64,000 nucleotides of DNA from Oculina patagonica (Eukaryota): the NCBI RefSeq assembly GCF_052425735.1, contig NC_135759.1, positions 28,024,001-28,088,000 on the forward strand. The letters run 5' to 3'. Below are positions 35,115-48,256 of the stretch, piece after piece; the stretch's first letter is position 1, and each line of letters begins with the position of its first letter. Below the pieces are notes generated by a model. The model was not told where the DNA came from, searched no databases, and worked only from the letters and a program-made list of their open reading frames with translations. A program made the position numbers and the translations under genes.

Positions 35115-36383
35115 TTATTTTTGTTTAACATGGTTGCACCTTCAAAAAGGCGGCAGAAATATGTTGATACCGATTGAGACCCTTGGGAACTCTTTTCCAG
35201 TTACAGTACAATTCAACATAAACTTACCTCTTGAGGAAAGTTTCGGCACGTCGATAGGCCGGGAAAAGATACCCTGGTGGAAGTATAAGCTGGCGCCGAT
35301 CTCCTTTCTCTTCCTTTTTGCTTTTACTTGCTTCTTTACCTGCCTCTGTGTATACAAGCATTAAAACTGACTTTACTTTAAATTCACTTAAAATGATCAA
35401 GTTCATAGACTGTGAGAAATGAACGATGCATTACCTTCATTGTCAATTGCAAAAATATCATAGTGATAATCACCGCATTCGGTGGTGTATCCACAGCAAC
35501 AGCAAGGCGTAACCTGACAAGGACATCCACATCCCGCTAATCCACAGCCACATGGTGTAGCGCAGCCACAGGATCCAACACAGCCGTTGCAGAGAGGATC
35601 CGAAAATCCACATCCACAACTGCAACCGCCTCCACAACCGCAGCCGCAGCTGCAAGGCTGAGCACATCCGCAGCCACACATCTGCTGACATCCACAGCAA
35701 CAGGGCTGTGCACAGGTGCAAGGGCATTCATGAGTGACGTGATGAACGTGATGCACACAACAATCGTGATGCACGCAACAGTCGTGATCGTGTTCGTGGT
35801 GATGACAGACGTCTTGATGACAACAACAGCAAGGCTGACAGCAGCAACATGGCTGACAACAACAGCAAGGCTGGCAGCAACAGCAGCAGCCACAGCAGTT
35901 GTTGTTTCCGGAATTTTTGTCACCGTTTTTATTATTATTATTATTTGTTCCACAGCAACAGCCACACCCACAACAATTATTGTTATTATTGTTGTTGTTT
36001 TCGTCCTCGTTCTTGGCAGCTGGTTTGTTCTGATCGGCCTGTGTCGTCTGCCGGGCAGGCGGTATAGCAGTCTGACTGGGTTGCTGACTTTGATTTAGCT
36101 TCTCGGGCTTATTTTGAGGTAAATGTTGCTGTGCCGCCGGTTTGATTACATCATGAACACTCTGTTGGTTTGGCAAAGACGGAGCTGAGTTAAAATTTTG
36201 AGAAGGCGCATTCTTTACCATTGGAGGTCCAAGTCGTAGACTCGGATTTCTCAAAACCTGGTTACCACGAGACTGAACACGGGGTTGTTGATTATTTCCA
36301 TACACCGGATTAGGAGCAATTGCATTGTCAGTTGTCAAAACGGCACTTAAGATAGCCAACATCCATATAGACAGAAATGCCAT
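35115..36383 (-). CDS. Secreted Gln/Pro-, poly-Asn-, Cys/His-rich protein (cluster gene 6, ~363 aa)
   Basis: Exon 36383-35435 (signal MAFLSIWMLAILSAVLT; Q/P-rich region; N-runs; CCCCQP x3; HHHEHDHDCCVHHDCCVHHVHH; CGCGC), exon 35345-35228 (DRR-QLILPPGYLFPAY-RR) and a probable last exon 35139-35115 (less certain). Confidence 0.82.
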
Positions 36384-37226
36384 TTCTGAGGATCTCAAAT
36401 GAATCGTGTGAAAAGTAGGATGTGCCAAATCACTTAAGTCAAATTGAAAAGGTGGGTAATAGCGCATTACCTCATAAAACAACCTGTTTAATCACTTCAA
36501 AAATCGCTTTAGCTCGTTGACATGTACTATTAGACAATAGAAACCTGACAGATCTACAAATCGAAAACAATACGATTTGTGGTTTTGTCAACACTAAGTC
36601 AATAAAAACGTTTAGAATTTGGTAGTTAATATATTGTAAGAAACGATGCAGGTACTAGAAGATCGTACGGTGGTGAGATGGTAAATCACTGCAGTTAAAA
36701 CATGTTTCAAAATTTTCAGTAGCCTTTACCTCTAGCAGGTCATGAGAACGAAAGGTTGTAACAGTGTAGAACTAAGAGATAAATCACACTCAGGAATTAA
36801 TTCCTTCGCGGTGAATTATCACGATATATGAAAACTAAGGAAAAAATTTTATACAGATCACTAAAAGGAAAGGTTTATTCTGCCACAAGTTAATTATCAA
36901 AAGGGAGTTAGCCTTTTGTTGGAAGAAGAACGCCAGTAAGCGATTAGCTAAATAGTTCTAACGTTACAATGTATGCCGCTGCACGATCAAACGAATATTG
37001 GAGTCCATTGAGATAACAGTGAAACTCTCGTTCTCCAGGTAAAATTTCCGTGCATGATAAATGAAGTACATCGTACGGCAGGTCTGACTGTTTTCATAAA
37101 ACAACGCCTGTTTGTAACCTAAAATACTGAACTGTTTTTAAGAAATTGACTTTTTATATAATTTTAGTTTCATCTACAAACTGTGATTTTCTAAAAAACC
37201 TCAGATTTTTCAAAGTAGGTAACCAC

Positions 37227-38190
37227 TTAACAATTATTCTTTGAAATCGAGGTGAATAGTGGTAGAATATTCACCGAGCCGCGGAGCGGCGAGTTGAATA
37301 TTCTGCCGCTATTCACCTCGATTTCAAAAAATAATTGTTTTAGTATATACACACGAAGTGATCTCAACAGCAAGCGATTTTTAGAAGGAAACCATTTAAA
37401 GTCGATTTAATTGACCTCTCAATTCATGCGTGGAAAACGTACATACAAGCGGCACTAACCGACATGCGCGAAACAGTTTACAGAATCTTCAAACATGGCA
37501 AATCTAGTTAATCTTCGATAAAATCCTCGTCACAATCTAGCAAAATGGTCCTTTAACACCACTCAAACCTGCAATCTGAATCAAAAACCTGCTTGCAAAA
37601 CATTTTGACCGTTGAATCAAAGCTTTTGAAGTTCACTTGAATTGAAAATTGAAAGAGCAGTTGGCGAAGGATCCACCTGAAAGTTTGGATTATACTGAAT
37701 GTGTGCAGAACTGTGGTGAAAACTGGATGTTTTCTTGCACAAAGACGTTTTCCTGAATATTTGTGGAGGATCTTGGTTGAATAACACTTGATGTTGCTGC
37801 CGATAAATCTGCGGTATTCATTTCTCTGATTTCTGCCGATGCCGGGCGAAGAGCGCGACTTGACGGTAAGCAATTGTTTATCGTTTTAGTACTCGAGTTG
37901 TGTGGACATTGTGCTGCAAATTGCGAAATATGTAGTCGTCTTTTACTTTGAAAACCATCAGGCCAAATTTCTTAGCCTTTTTTTGTCTTTTCTGGTTCAG
38001 CATCTTCTTGTATTCTTAGTATTTGCGATTCAGAAACGCCGGCGAAACGCAGGTTTACGCCGGCCATTTTGTTTCAGTTTGGATCAAGCATTATTCACTC
38101 CCTACGGAGTGAATAATGCTCATTAGCCCGAGATAGCGAACCAATCAGATTGCTTGAAACACCAAGATCACTGAGTGTGTTTATACTAAT
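37227..38190 (-). mobile_element. Non-autonomous element with terminal hairpin and a Crypton-like N-terminal peptide relic
   Basis: Large palindrome ~37227-37340 followed by TAGTATA, whose complement TATACTA is at ~38183; minus strand from 38067 reads MAGVNLRFAGVSESQILRIQEDAEPEKTKKAKKFGLMVFK. A similar hairpin lies at ~13035-13112. Confidence 0.5.
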
Positions 38191-38204
38191 TACTAATAGA
38201 CCTA

Positions 38205-38381
38205 ATAGAGCGTTTACATATGACGTCACGGCAGCCATATTGGTGTTCCGAAACAAAGGAACGGCGGCCATGTTGGTGTATCAAGCCATTCCTCCGGGAA
38301 TTAAACTCTATTTTTATGCAAAAAGATGTTTTTTTTAGTAAACCAATATGGCCACTGGTCACGTCACTGAAAACGCTCTAT
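38205..38381. mobile_element. Short MITE
   Basis: TIRs ATAGAGCGTTTACA-TGACGTCAC / GTCACGTCACTGAAAACGCTCTAT. Confidence 0.75.
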
Positions 38382-38669
38382 CTTTCATCTTCGTACTTTT
38401 TGTCCTTTCGATATCTCACTCGTCCAAATCCAGATATCTTGGGGATATCATAATTTAAAAAAAATTCCCTGACGAGCATTCTTTTAATGGAAAACTAGAC
38501 ATTTTGGAATCTATGCCTCTGATTTTTTTTTTTTGTGGCATTTCTGTTTTGCGATTGAACTGTCTTTTTGGATGAAACTATGCACTTGTTAGAACCGGTA
38601 ACCGCCTTATCTCCTTTTACATACAGAATCGTGTTTAGAGAGATTCTCTTGTTATCAAACCTGTTACAG

Positions 38670-38701
<32 letters not shown>

Positions 38702-39762
38702 GGGGCGACGATCTTTGCTGACGTCGTTGTTTTTTTATTTTGGGTCATTAGCATACGGCTTTGCGTAGATCATGCTACATACAAATTGACTCCAGATGTT
38801 AAAAGAGCTTGTGAAACATAGTAACCGGCCATATTTTTTTAGCTCTTTGCCTGTAATATGAGGGAGATAAAAGCCTTGAAAAACTGAAAAATTTCTTGGT
38901 GGCGAAAGCGCTAATGAGCCCATGCATTCTTTGTTAAACTATGACTTTTCAAGCCCGCGACACAGAAAAAGTATTTGATATAATTTATATCGGGCTCAAA
39001 TTTTTAGCGAAAGTTAATCGTGTCCTGTTCGTTTAATAATCAAAATTGATATTTTTGTAGCCCGATCAGAAATTGATGAGCTCATGCTAATGAGGCAAAT
39101 ATTGTTAAGGAAGATTCCCCTAAAAGAAACCAAAGTTTGTAACTATGCTGATACGTCTTGTTGCTTAGCAACGTCTGAACAGAACCACGGGTTCAGCCAG
39201 TTAATTCGATCAGAGACCTTTTTGTTACCCAAGTTGACATCTACTCTCGCAAAGGTTACAAATATGGCAGACGAAATAATACACTAGTCTGAATGCTCTG
39301 CCGTTAGAATATCAAACCATTCTTGGCAATACAACTACAAATAAATTACAGCTTTAGAGCACAGTGGAGCAAGTAAAAGAAAGCCTTTCACCATGTACCA
39401 GCTATGTGGGAGGAGCCATGTAAACAAATTTGAACAGCGTCAAATTTATGACAAATACAAACCATAAATTTGCTAAACTAAACTGATTCAATTTTATAAT
39501 GTTAGTGAATAAAAAAAGAGTTTTTCGTTAGGTGCATCTAACAGTATGCAGGAAATGATTTTCTTGAAAATGGATTTATTCAAACATGGAAGTTTTTGAC
39601 AAGAGCCCAACATTTTGTGTCATGTACAGTTGAGCAATTATTACCACATAAACTGTGTGATCATGATCTCACTAATCAATATTAACTACTCGAATTATAG
39701 ATACGCGAAAAGCGATCACTTTTTCTCGTGTAAAACGATTTCGTTTTCTTTTAAATTGTGTG

Positions 39763-41946
39763 ATGAGGTTTTTACAACTTAAAGCGCAAGTTGCTGTCTA
39801 TCTTTCGCTTGTGCTATTTAATTTAGGCGTGGTTGAGAATCGTCAGGCTGCTCCCAGCACCCTTCTAGAGGCATTGAATATCACGAAGAACGAAGAAAAC
39901 AAAAAGAGTGGTCCATCTTCCAACCATGGCTTTCGAAACCGACGATTTCCTTCCAGCTTTTCATATTTCTCTAACTGTCCTTTAAAACAGGGAGTCGTAT
40001 TTCTTGGAGGACCCTGTGGTCCTATGAGAGCAACATGCTGTGGTGGGTTTGGTTGTGCTTCTGGAATTGGTTTCCCTATTTCGGCTGTGTGTTGTAAGTT
40101 ACTTTTGATTGTATTCCTTTTCTCCTAAAGCTGACAAATTAATCATCATTATACTAAATTGGTAATAGCACAATCATCATTATACTAAATTGGTAATAGC
40201 ACAATGTGTTCATGCTGTTAACGTTTATTTCAAAAACTGATATGTGTGCGATGCCAACCCAAGCCCAAGAATCCTACATCTCCAGATGCATACAAGACAA
40301 TAATACACCCGTATAGAGTAAAACGTCTCTTCAAGCGCACGTATTATGTTTATGATATGACTGAAAATATGTTTAGATTTATGAGTATTTTATTGTTTAT
40401 TGAATAAATTTGAAAATAAACTTCAAAATTTCAAGTGTTCGTGGCTACCGTAGTCTGACACAGTGTTTCGTCCCTGCCAGGCGACTCTTCAGAGACCTTT
40501 CCGCTTTCAATTTCCCGTTCGCAAGCATGTAATGATGGCAGCAATCTCGTAGAGAATTGCGCTCAAAGTCCCAACTGCACAAAATCGCGAGTGAAAATTG
40601 GCAACATTTTAACAGTGTAAATTTGAACGTGCCTTTTAATTGGAAATTCCTCATCTGGTAAGTATATGTATTAGTCAAGAATCATATCACGTTTAGCTTC
40701 ATTAGTTAATATATGACGGGAAGCGTTTTTTCTCTCCTGCCTTACATTGTCCTTAAATTTACTTTTTTGAATAGGTTCATGGACAAGTTGCAGGGTAGCA
40801 AGCCAATCAGGAAAAATAATAAACGCTGCCAAACGATTTGACATCACAAGCCTACCGGCAGCACACCCATCCGCAGTGTCCATAAAAAAACGACCAAAAC
40901 CCTCCAAAGACAAGCGCAAACATAATCGTGCAAAGCAGAAGAAAATCGACAAGGACTCGTCCAAGGAAAGCAAGGAAGGACCTAAGATAGACTTAGAGTT
41001 AAAGCTGAATGATGAGCCCAAGCCAACAGAACAAGAAGAGGTTGTTGTGGGCCAACCAATTCATCACAGACCATGGGTACCCTACATGCATAGACCCCTC
41101 TATCCGTTCCACATGCGGCATCGTCCTTATCACTTTTCTCATTATATGCCTCATAATATGAGGTTTTCACATCCCTCCTACTGGCGATTCCAGGGTTACT
41201 TTCCCCATTTTATGAGAAGGAGGGCTCCTTGGTATATGAACCCATCTGATGCAAGAAATATCCATCGCTATCCTGAATATCAGTTTGGGGATGTGCAGTT
41301 TGTACAGTCTGACCATCCTTTCAGGTCCAGACCACCTTTTAGAGATTATAATGATTTCAGCTCTGACGTTGAACTCCTAGACAAACCGGAAAAACTCCAT
41401 GAAGACTTCACGCACAGCAAAAACAAAATTAAAAGTCATAAAGAGTATAATCGGCTCCATGAACAAGACCGAAAGACGGTGGATGACTCAGAAGACGCAA
41501 AGGCAAACACATTTAGACCAGGCAGTTTAAGGCAAACAGAAGCTGGACGCATACAAGGAACAAATCCCGGAGTAATGGAAAACCAGCAGGTCTTGAATTT
41601 CAATCCCACGGAAAAGGAGGACGAAGAGACCAATTACCCTGAATACAAAAGCGAATTTAACACAGACAGATTCTGGTCTTCAGTTGATAAGAGGCAAGGA
41701 AAAGATAACAGCCAGTTTAGCTCCCATGAACCAGAAAGAGAAGAAAATGCAATATTTAGAGACTTTACGTCCGATGACCATGGATTTGATCTGGATGAAA
41801 TTTCTTCCTCCCATTCAAAAAGAAAAGAATCAACTAAGGAACGAGCGAAAACAAACAGAGTCAGCAAAGTCCGTTCTGGTGCAGGTGTTGTGAAGATAAA
41901 ATCTGATTCTCTTGACATCTCCAATGCAATAAACTCATTTTCTTAA
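39763..41946 (+). CDS. Secreted precursor with Cys domain and His/Pro/aromatic region (cluster gene 7, ~500 aa)
   Basis: Exon 39763-40093 (signal, RNRR site, Cys/Gly segment ending AVC-T/GTAAGT) spliced in phase 1 to exon 40775-41946, which is in frame with ORF 40876-41946 (Lys-rich; HHRPWVPYMHRPLYPFHMRHRPYHF...; acidic tail). Confidence 0.82.
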
Positions 41947-43002
41947 ATTAATATAATAGCACGATTAACATACAACACCAGTTTGAGTCATCACTCGATG
42001 GTGAGCATCTTACACTACTAAAACATACACGTTTATTAGTTACTCAACATGTGAGTTGTTTTGTACTTCATTCAGAGTTCTTAACTGCAAATTCGAAGAA
42101 GAGCATGTCATGGAAGTGCAAAGAGCTAAACTGCCTTGATTATATCGCCAGTGCGCTTCCATATTGTATTTGTTTGACTGAATTTAAGATCCGAGAAATC
42201 TTGGGGACGAATTTTGTAAATCAGCTGATTAAATTTCCCGCTAAAGTAAGGTTATGATTTATGATTCATTGTGTTGATGCAGTCAACGAGGGATTTCCCC
42301 CCAGATTTGAAACGTGCACACTATTACTGAGTACGCATGCAGACGTGATAATACAGAAGAGGTTTGTGTTTTCCGTTTAGTTATGTAATAGCAACTGTCT
42401 CTCAATAAAACGACAAGGGCAATTTCTGATGTACAAAGGTTGCGCTTTCTCGTATATTAGTTAATAATAATAATTATCTTTAATGAGGAGACTTTTTCGC
42501 ACATATGTGGTTTTCAAAAAGGACCTCAAAGCTTAAAACTAAAAACTAAAATTAACTTAGGACTAAAAGTAAGAATTTTATAAACACTTAAATTAAGATG
42601 TTGAGTGGTGCTTTACTTTAAAGAGAAGTGTTGCTATTCGAAACAAAGGCTATTATGGGATGTTAAACAGGCTTTAATTCCTCGCTCTAAGAACTCTAAG
42701 AAATATTATCTGATTCCATGTATAATACCTCTGCACCTTAAATTTTCCATCTACCTGAATTGTTTCCATTGGTGTTCACGCGCAAGGAAACAACAAAACT
42801 TCCTCTAAGTTTATTCTGGGCAAATAGAATTCCTTAATTTTCGCGAACTACGTAAAATATAAGACGCTTGAACAGTCTCAATAATTTGTTTTTTTATTCT
42901 TATTCTTATTCTTACTATTATTATTATTGGCGAAGATTTTATTCCTAACAAATGATATTTTAATTTAAATAATTTTAATTTGAAGCTTTGGGGCTGGATG
43001 AA

Positions 43003-44657
43003 TTATATTGTTATCACTATTGTATTTTTGTTACTCTTTCGTCGTCCAGCTTGTTTAATAAGTCTTATCTTGTGTTTTGGAGGATGAAAACGAGCGGTTG
43101 GCGGGGACGTTGTGGGTGATTGTGCTGTGACAGCTACTAAGGTAGCTAGTGTACGTGTGGTGCCATAGGTAACCCGAGATGTCGAGCTAGCTTGTGTTCC
43201 CGTGGTAGACTGGCTACCTGGAGCGGGGCTGGTTGTCCCTATGGGGCTAGACGTTGTTGGTGCTTGAGGTGTAGTAGCTGTCAAAGTGGGTTGTGTAGTT
43301 TTCCCCAGGGTGGCGACACTAGTAGCCTGAGATGTTGGAGTGGTTTGCGTCTCTGTCGTAGGCTGACCTCCACCGGTGGGGCTGGTTGCCCCAGCGGGGT
43401 TTGACGTTGTTGGTGCTTGAGTTGTGGTAGCTGACAAAGTGGGTTGAGTGGTTGGCGCTTGGGTGACGACGCTGGTTGCCTAGTGATGTTGGACTTGTTG
43501 GTGTTTCTGTCGTAGGCTGACCGGTACCTCCGCTTGTGGGGCTAGTTGCTCCTACTGGGCTAGACGTTGTCGGTGCTTGGGTTGTAGTAGCTTTCGAAGT
43601 GGGTTGAGTGGTTGGCGGTTGAGTGGTCACACTGGTAGCCTGAGATGATGGACTAGTTTGTGTTCCTGTCGTTGGCTGACCCCCACTGGAGGTTGTCTCT
43701 GAGGGGTTAGAAGTTGTTGGCGCTTGTGTGGTAGAAGCTGACGAAGTGGGTTGAGTAGTTGGTGCTTGACTTGAGCCACTAGTAGCCTGAGATGTCGGAC
43801 TAGAAGTTGGTGGTGCTTGCGTTGGCTTGGCCCCAGGAGGTTCGGACCCCGGGGTTCCTGATTCTCCTTTGCCCACTCCACTGCAACCTATTTTTATTGA
43901 GTTAACAGAAAAATACGAGGTTTGCGGTAGTAGTGATTTGTCGATAATGAGTACTAGTACTGTTCGCGCAAATTGGTCACTTAGAGTGGCAAAAATAGAT
44001 GTAAATGATGTATTTTTTAAACTTGAGCGTGGCAAATATGGAAATGAAATACACCTTGATGAATAAATAGATTCTTACAATAAGAAACCCCATGAGAAAT
44101 GTTAAGTATTAACCTGAGTTATCGAAACCAAGTTCAGTTGTGAAATAAAACAAACAGCTCTTCGAGAAATACTTACTGCACCATTTTCCGCATCGGCATG
44201 GGAAGCAGGGAACGGGTTGATGCCATGTTCCAAATCTATGCATATCATAGGAGCCTTCCAAAGGGAAACCATATCCGTCCCTCCAGCCGTATTCCGGCCA
44301 CTGAGAATCAGGAGCTGAAGGCCACCATTGACTGGGATATTGGGAAGATATGGGATTTAATCTATAACCATAGATGTCGGTGAAACACCGCTTCGATAAC
44401 CAACGAAGTTTACCGGCTTTTTTACTTTTGGGGACAAAACCTATGATTTTTCGCTTGTTTTTACGGCTCGAAGGACCAAGCATATCAAATTTGAAAGCAT
44501 GGTTTAAGTGATGGTTACTTATGTCGTCTCTTAATTCATCTATTTCACTATCCCTGTCATCCGCGTCCTCTGCATCCCGATGGAATCTTAGCAAAGCATT
44601 CGATTGAAAGAGAACTGCTTGGAAACAAATGGTTAGCAAAAGCTTGCTGGAGTTCAT
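43003..44657 (-). CDS. Secreted precursor with Trp/Pro/Cys domain and mucin-like Thr/Ser/Pro tail (cluster gene 8, ~454 aa if one frameshift is corrected)
   Basis: Exon 44657-44177 (signal MNSSKLLLTICFQAVLFQSNA; SKR-CF; ends CFPCRCGKWC-A/GTAAGT) and exon 43887-43003 (TTQAPTTSSP repeats); one extra base at ~43482 joins ORFs 43319-44035 and 43003-43437. Confidence 0.8.
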
Positions 44658-46293
44658 TTTGCCCTGAGTTTTTCCCAACACTTTGTCTTATCGTTGCGAC
44701 TTATGATAATGACATAATGTTCGGATACATTTCTAGGGGAATATATATGACATCATTTTCAAATCTAAATAGAAAAATGGGAATTAAGCTGCAATGCAGC
44801 AACTAAAACAAGGAAAACAGAGGAATCCCGATGGAAAGTAAAATGAACTGCTCTGTGCATTGTAGCTCACCGCTATAACTAAAAAAGTGCCTCGGGATAT
44901 ATGAAGAAGTGGCATTTATGTTAGCGCTGCTTACCAGCTTTAATGTCAAACATAAACAGTTACGCCCCCTCTGATAGATCGCTTAAAGAGACAAAGAGAG
45001 GACTTGCTTGTTTCCATGGAATCCTTTACACGCTTCAACGGAGTTTTGCAAACGACCAATATCAGAAGTTTTCAAATGATTAGGTAAACCAAGTGGAGTT
45101 TGAACACTGATTTCCAAAACATAATTTGCGGCTCATAGAGTGCCATTGCCGTTTTTCCTTGTACCAATACTGATTAGTATTATGGCCGGATTAACAAGTA
45201 GTAAGCTCTTAGCATCGAACAACAGACGAATGTAAGTAAAATAAGCTTGTGCAATTTTAAGAGAGTTATAAAAGTTTGGATCATCCTCGAACTGTGTTGT
45301 GAATCTTTGACTAACTTGCTTTGTATTGAACGGACGCCAAATTCCTTCTCTGCTGAATTAAAACTATCAGGTCCGAAAGGCCAACCCCCGAGAAAGAAAA
45401 TATCCCGCTTTTCTTTGGCCCCTCTCCGTTTTTGACTCCAGAGAAACTAAATTTATCTCTTGTTATTTTGTACTTTGGAAGTGAGTGAGAACGAGCGACC
45501 GAGCTACAGCTCTAGTGAGTGGGGTCTCTTTCTCTAACACTGGCTCAAGTAGCTTCGTTTCCATTGTGCAATTTTTTATTTACCAATTGAATTTCCTTTA
45601 GTTAAGATCAAGTAAAATATTAAAATCATTTAAGCTTTTGTTATATTTTATTGTTTTATGCTTGTTCGTCTGTCGTACTTTTCCTTAAGTTTCTTTAGCG
45701 TATCATAAAAACTTTAAATAAGTTCTTTTACAAGAATAACCGCAAAATGCACTAGAAAAAACATTTGCATTATCGCTACATTTGTAAGCAAACTGGCGCT
45801 TAAATCCACGTTAATTACAAAGCAATAAGGCACAGCTTCTTGTTCGTTTCTTCTTGGTACCCGAGAGAGGGCTAATGAAGCCCTGGATCGCTGTGAAGAC
45901 TGAAACGCAAACTTTATAATTATGTTTCTTACAAACCTAACGGTGGTTTAATAATTCTTGGGGCATATTTTCGTGGCCCAGACCCTTGAAGCTATTCACA
46001 TTTTTTGTAGCCTTTCTCATGACCTCGAGTTCTCACAGTGGAAAGTTAACAACATTGAGTAAGATAGCCATGCAAATGTATTAGTTTATCTGAACTTTAA
46101 CGATTTCAATCAATGCAACAACATAGGCGCATCGTGGTAGATGAAAAGGAAGAATTAACAGTAAAAGAAATTTAGCCGATTATCTACGTGAGATAAGTCA
46201 TTTCCTTTTGGTTTCATTTTCTCGATATGCTGTTGGTGCTTTGCTGGTACATGTCAGCTCGAACCAAACACTTCTCTAAGCTGCAAGAAGCAA

Positions 46294-47562
46294 TTAATTT
46301 TTTTGTTTCTGTTTCTTAGTTGGTGTATTTTGCCCCTTTAATTTCCAAAAGAATAGACTACCCACAACTTGGTCAGCGGGTGACGCTTGCTGAGGAACTT
46401 GCCAGTTACCATAGGTTGCCTGGTAAGGATCATCGTAAACAGGGGGCGCCTCCGCAACATCTGGGGAAGCGCCGTACGTGATATCTTGGCGCTTTATTCC
46501 TCGTTGAACGTTGATGTTCTTTCCTTGTTTCATTTGAACTGGACCTTTGAAATTTGCTTGTTTTCCGACGAATGGATGAAGTTGTGATGGACCACCAACC
46601 TTATTTGATGTTGGTTGGCAAGGAGCAGCATCGTTGAACTGTGAACACTGATCACTGGCACCACCTCCTCCACCTCCACCTTCTTGACCACAACCTGATT
46701 TTTAAAGAAAAGAATCAGCAAGCACAGGAAAAAATATATTATTTCACAGAAAATTTTATTATAAGCTGTAACGCTATTCAAGTTGAAGCAATCTTCTAGT
46801 AACGTTACTTAGGCAGCGCACCGAGTTTGACAGTGTACATCAGCCTGTCCTCTGATAAGAGGAAACTGCTTGCTTGTTTTATTTCCAGTAAAGCAGGTAT
46901 TATCTTTATAGAGAAGGCTAGAAAGGCAAATAATTGGGAAAAAAAAAACAGTTGTCTGTCTAGGTAAAGCCTTATTTAGTTGTTGACATCTTCAATTTGA
47001 GTTCTCGTTTTGACACGATCTTGCAAAGAAGTTAACATTTTTTTCTAAACTTGTTAAGCTAATCATCAAAGCAGTCAACCAGTTGAGCGAATGACTTACA
47101 GCACCAGCCGTGGTTGTTACAGCCACAAGAGCATCCAGGCATTCTCCACGGCCCTCCACATCCGAACTGATTACATCCAAACGGACTTCCGTGTCCTCCC
47201 CAACCTCGATGAAAATTCGGTCCGTATTCCGGGTATAATGGACCTGGCCCCCATCCCCAGGGACGAGGCCAATCTAATAGGCTGTCTTCGAGCCCTACTG
47301 GACAATCATACGGAGAACCTAAGAAGCATCTTCTATTTTGGAACTTTTTGAAGTTTTTTTGCTCGCGTCTCCTTTTGTCGTTGATCTTGGTTCCGTCCGC
47401 TGAGTCCACGATTTTTCCTGTTTTACTCGGCTCTACGTTTGGCTCATCGTCAAGTGTTTCTCTTCGACTCCTCTTTAGGATTCCCTCAGTTTCCTCGGCA
47501 AGGGTGATAGTCAAACCGAGGAGGCACAAAAGTGTCAAATGGAATAACAACGAACCCGCCAT
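46294..47562 (-). CDS. Secreted precursor, RR-CF...WCC family (cluster gene 9)
   Basis: Exon 47562-47100 (signal MAGSLLFHLTLLCLLGLTITLA; KRSRR; NRR-CFLG; ends HGWC-T/GTAAGT) and exon from 46694 (C-CGQEGGGG...GIKR-QDITYG...). The 3' end is uncertain: either a donor at 46361 with a small last exon near 46280, or read-through to 46294. Confidence 0.82.
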
Positions 47563-48256
47563 ATTCTCAACTGACTTGCTGGAGAAAAGTTTCAAATTTT
47601 TCTGTAATTTTAAGTCATCTTAAGTTTGAGGTAAGATTTGTAAAAATAAAATCATCAAAGGAATGTTTTGACGATCAGCCATCCCCTCATTAACATTTCA
47701 AGACCTCAGAAGTTTCGTCTTAAGTGTCTCATTAGAGTACCTCAAGTCTATCATAACTCGTTTTAAGATATATTCAGACATTTTTTCTTGTTGCTTTAAG
47801 GCAAAAAATTCCTTTTATAAGTTTTAACCACGGAATAGCACCAAGACTTTATTTGTCGTCGATTCTTATGACCTGAATCAAACCTGATGGCTTGCTTGTG
47901 GTACTACTATAATCGCCTTCCCGGGAAACACTTAAACACACCCATTATGACATGTTTAATTATTTAACGGTACGTAAAAGCAAACATTTCTTGAAAATGA
48001 AAAACATAGTGAAATCTGAGAAGATGTTACTGATGAAGTGCCTTGTTCTTAAATGAATAAGTTGCACGAGCAGTTCGCCAAAGAAATCACCACAAGAAAG
48101 TACTAACAATCCATGATTAACGAAAGCACCAAAATGAAAATGTTTCTAGCCAAACGTTTGTACAGCTTCATGGCTTTGTTGGCAATATTTGTTCTCCCGG
48201 TCATTTAACCAAAGCCTAAGTGAGCTTAAATAAGCAAGCTAAGTCGTTAAGATAAG

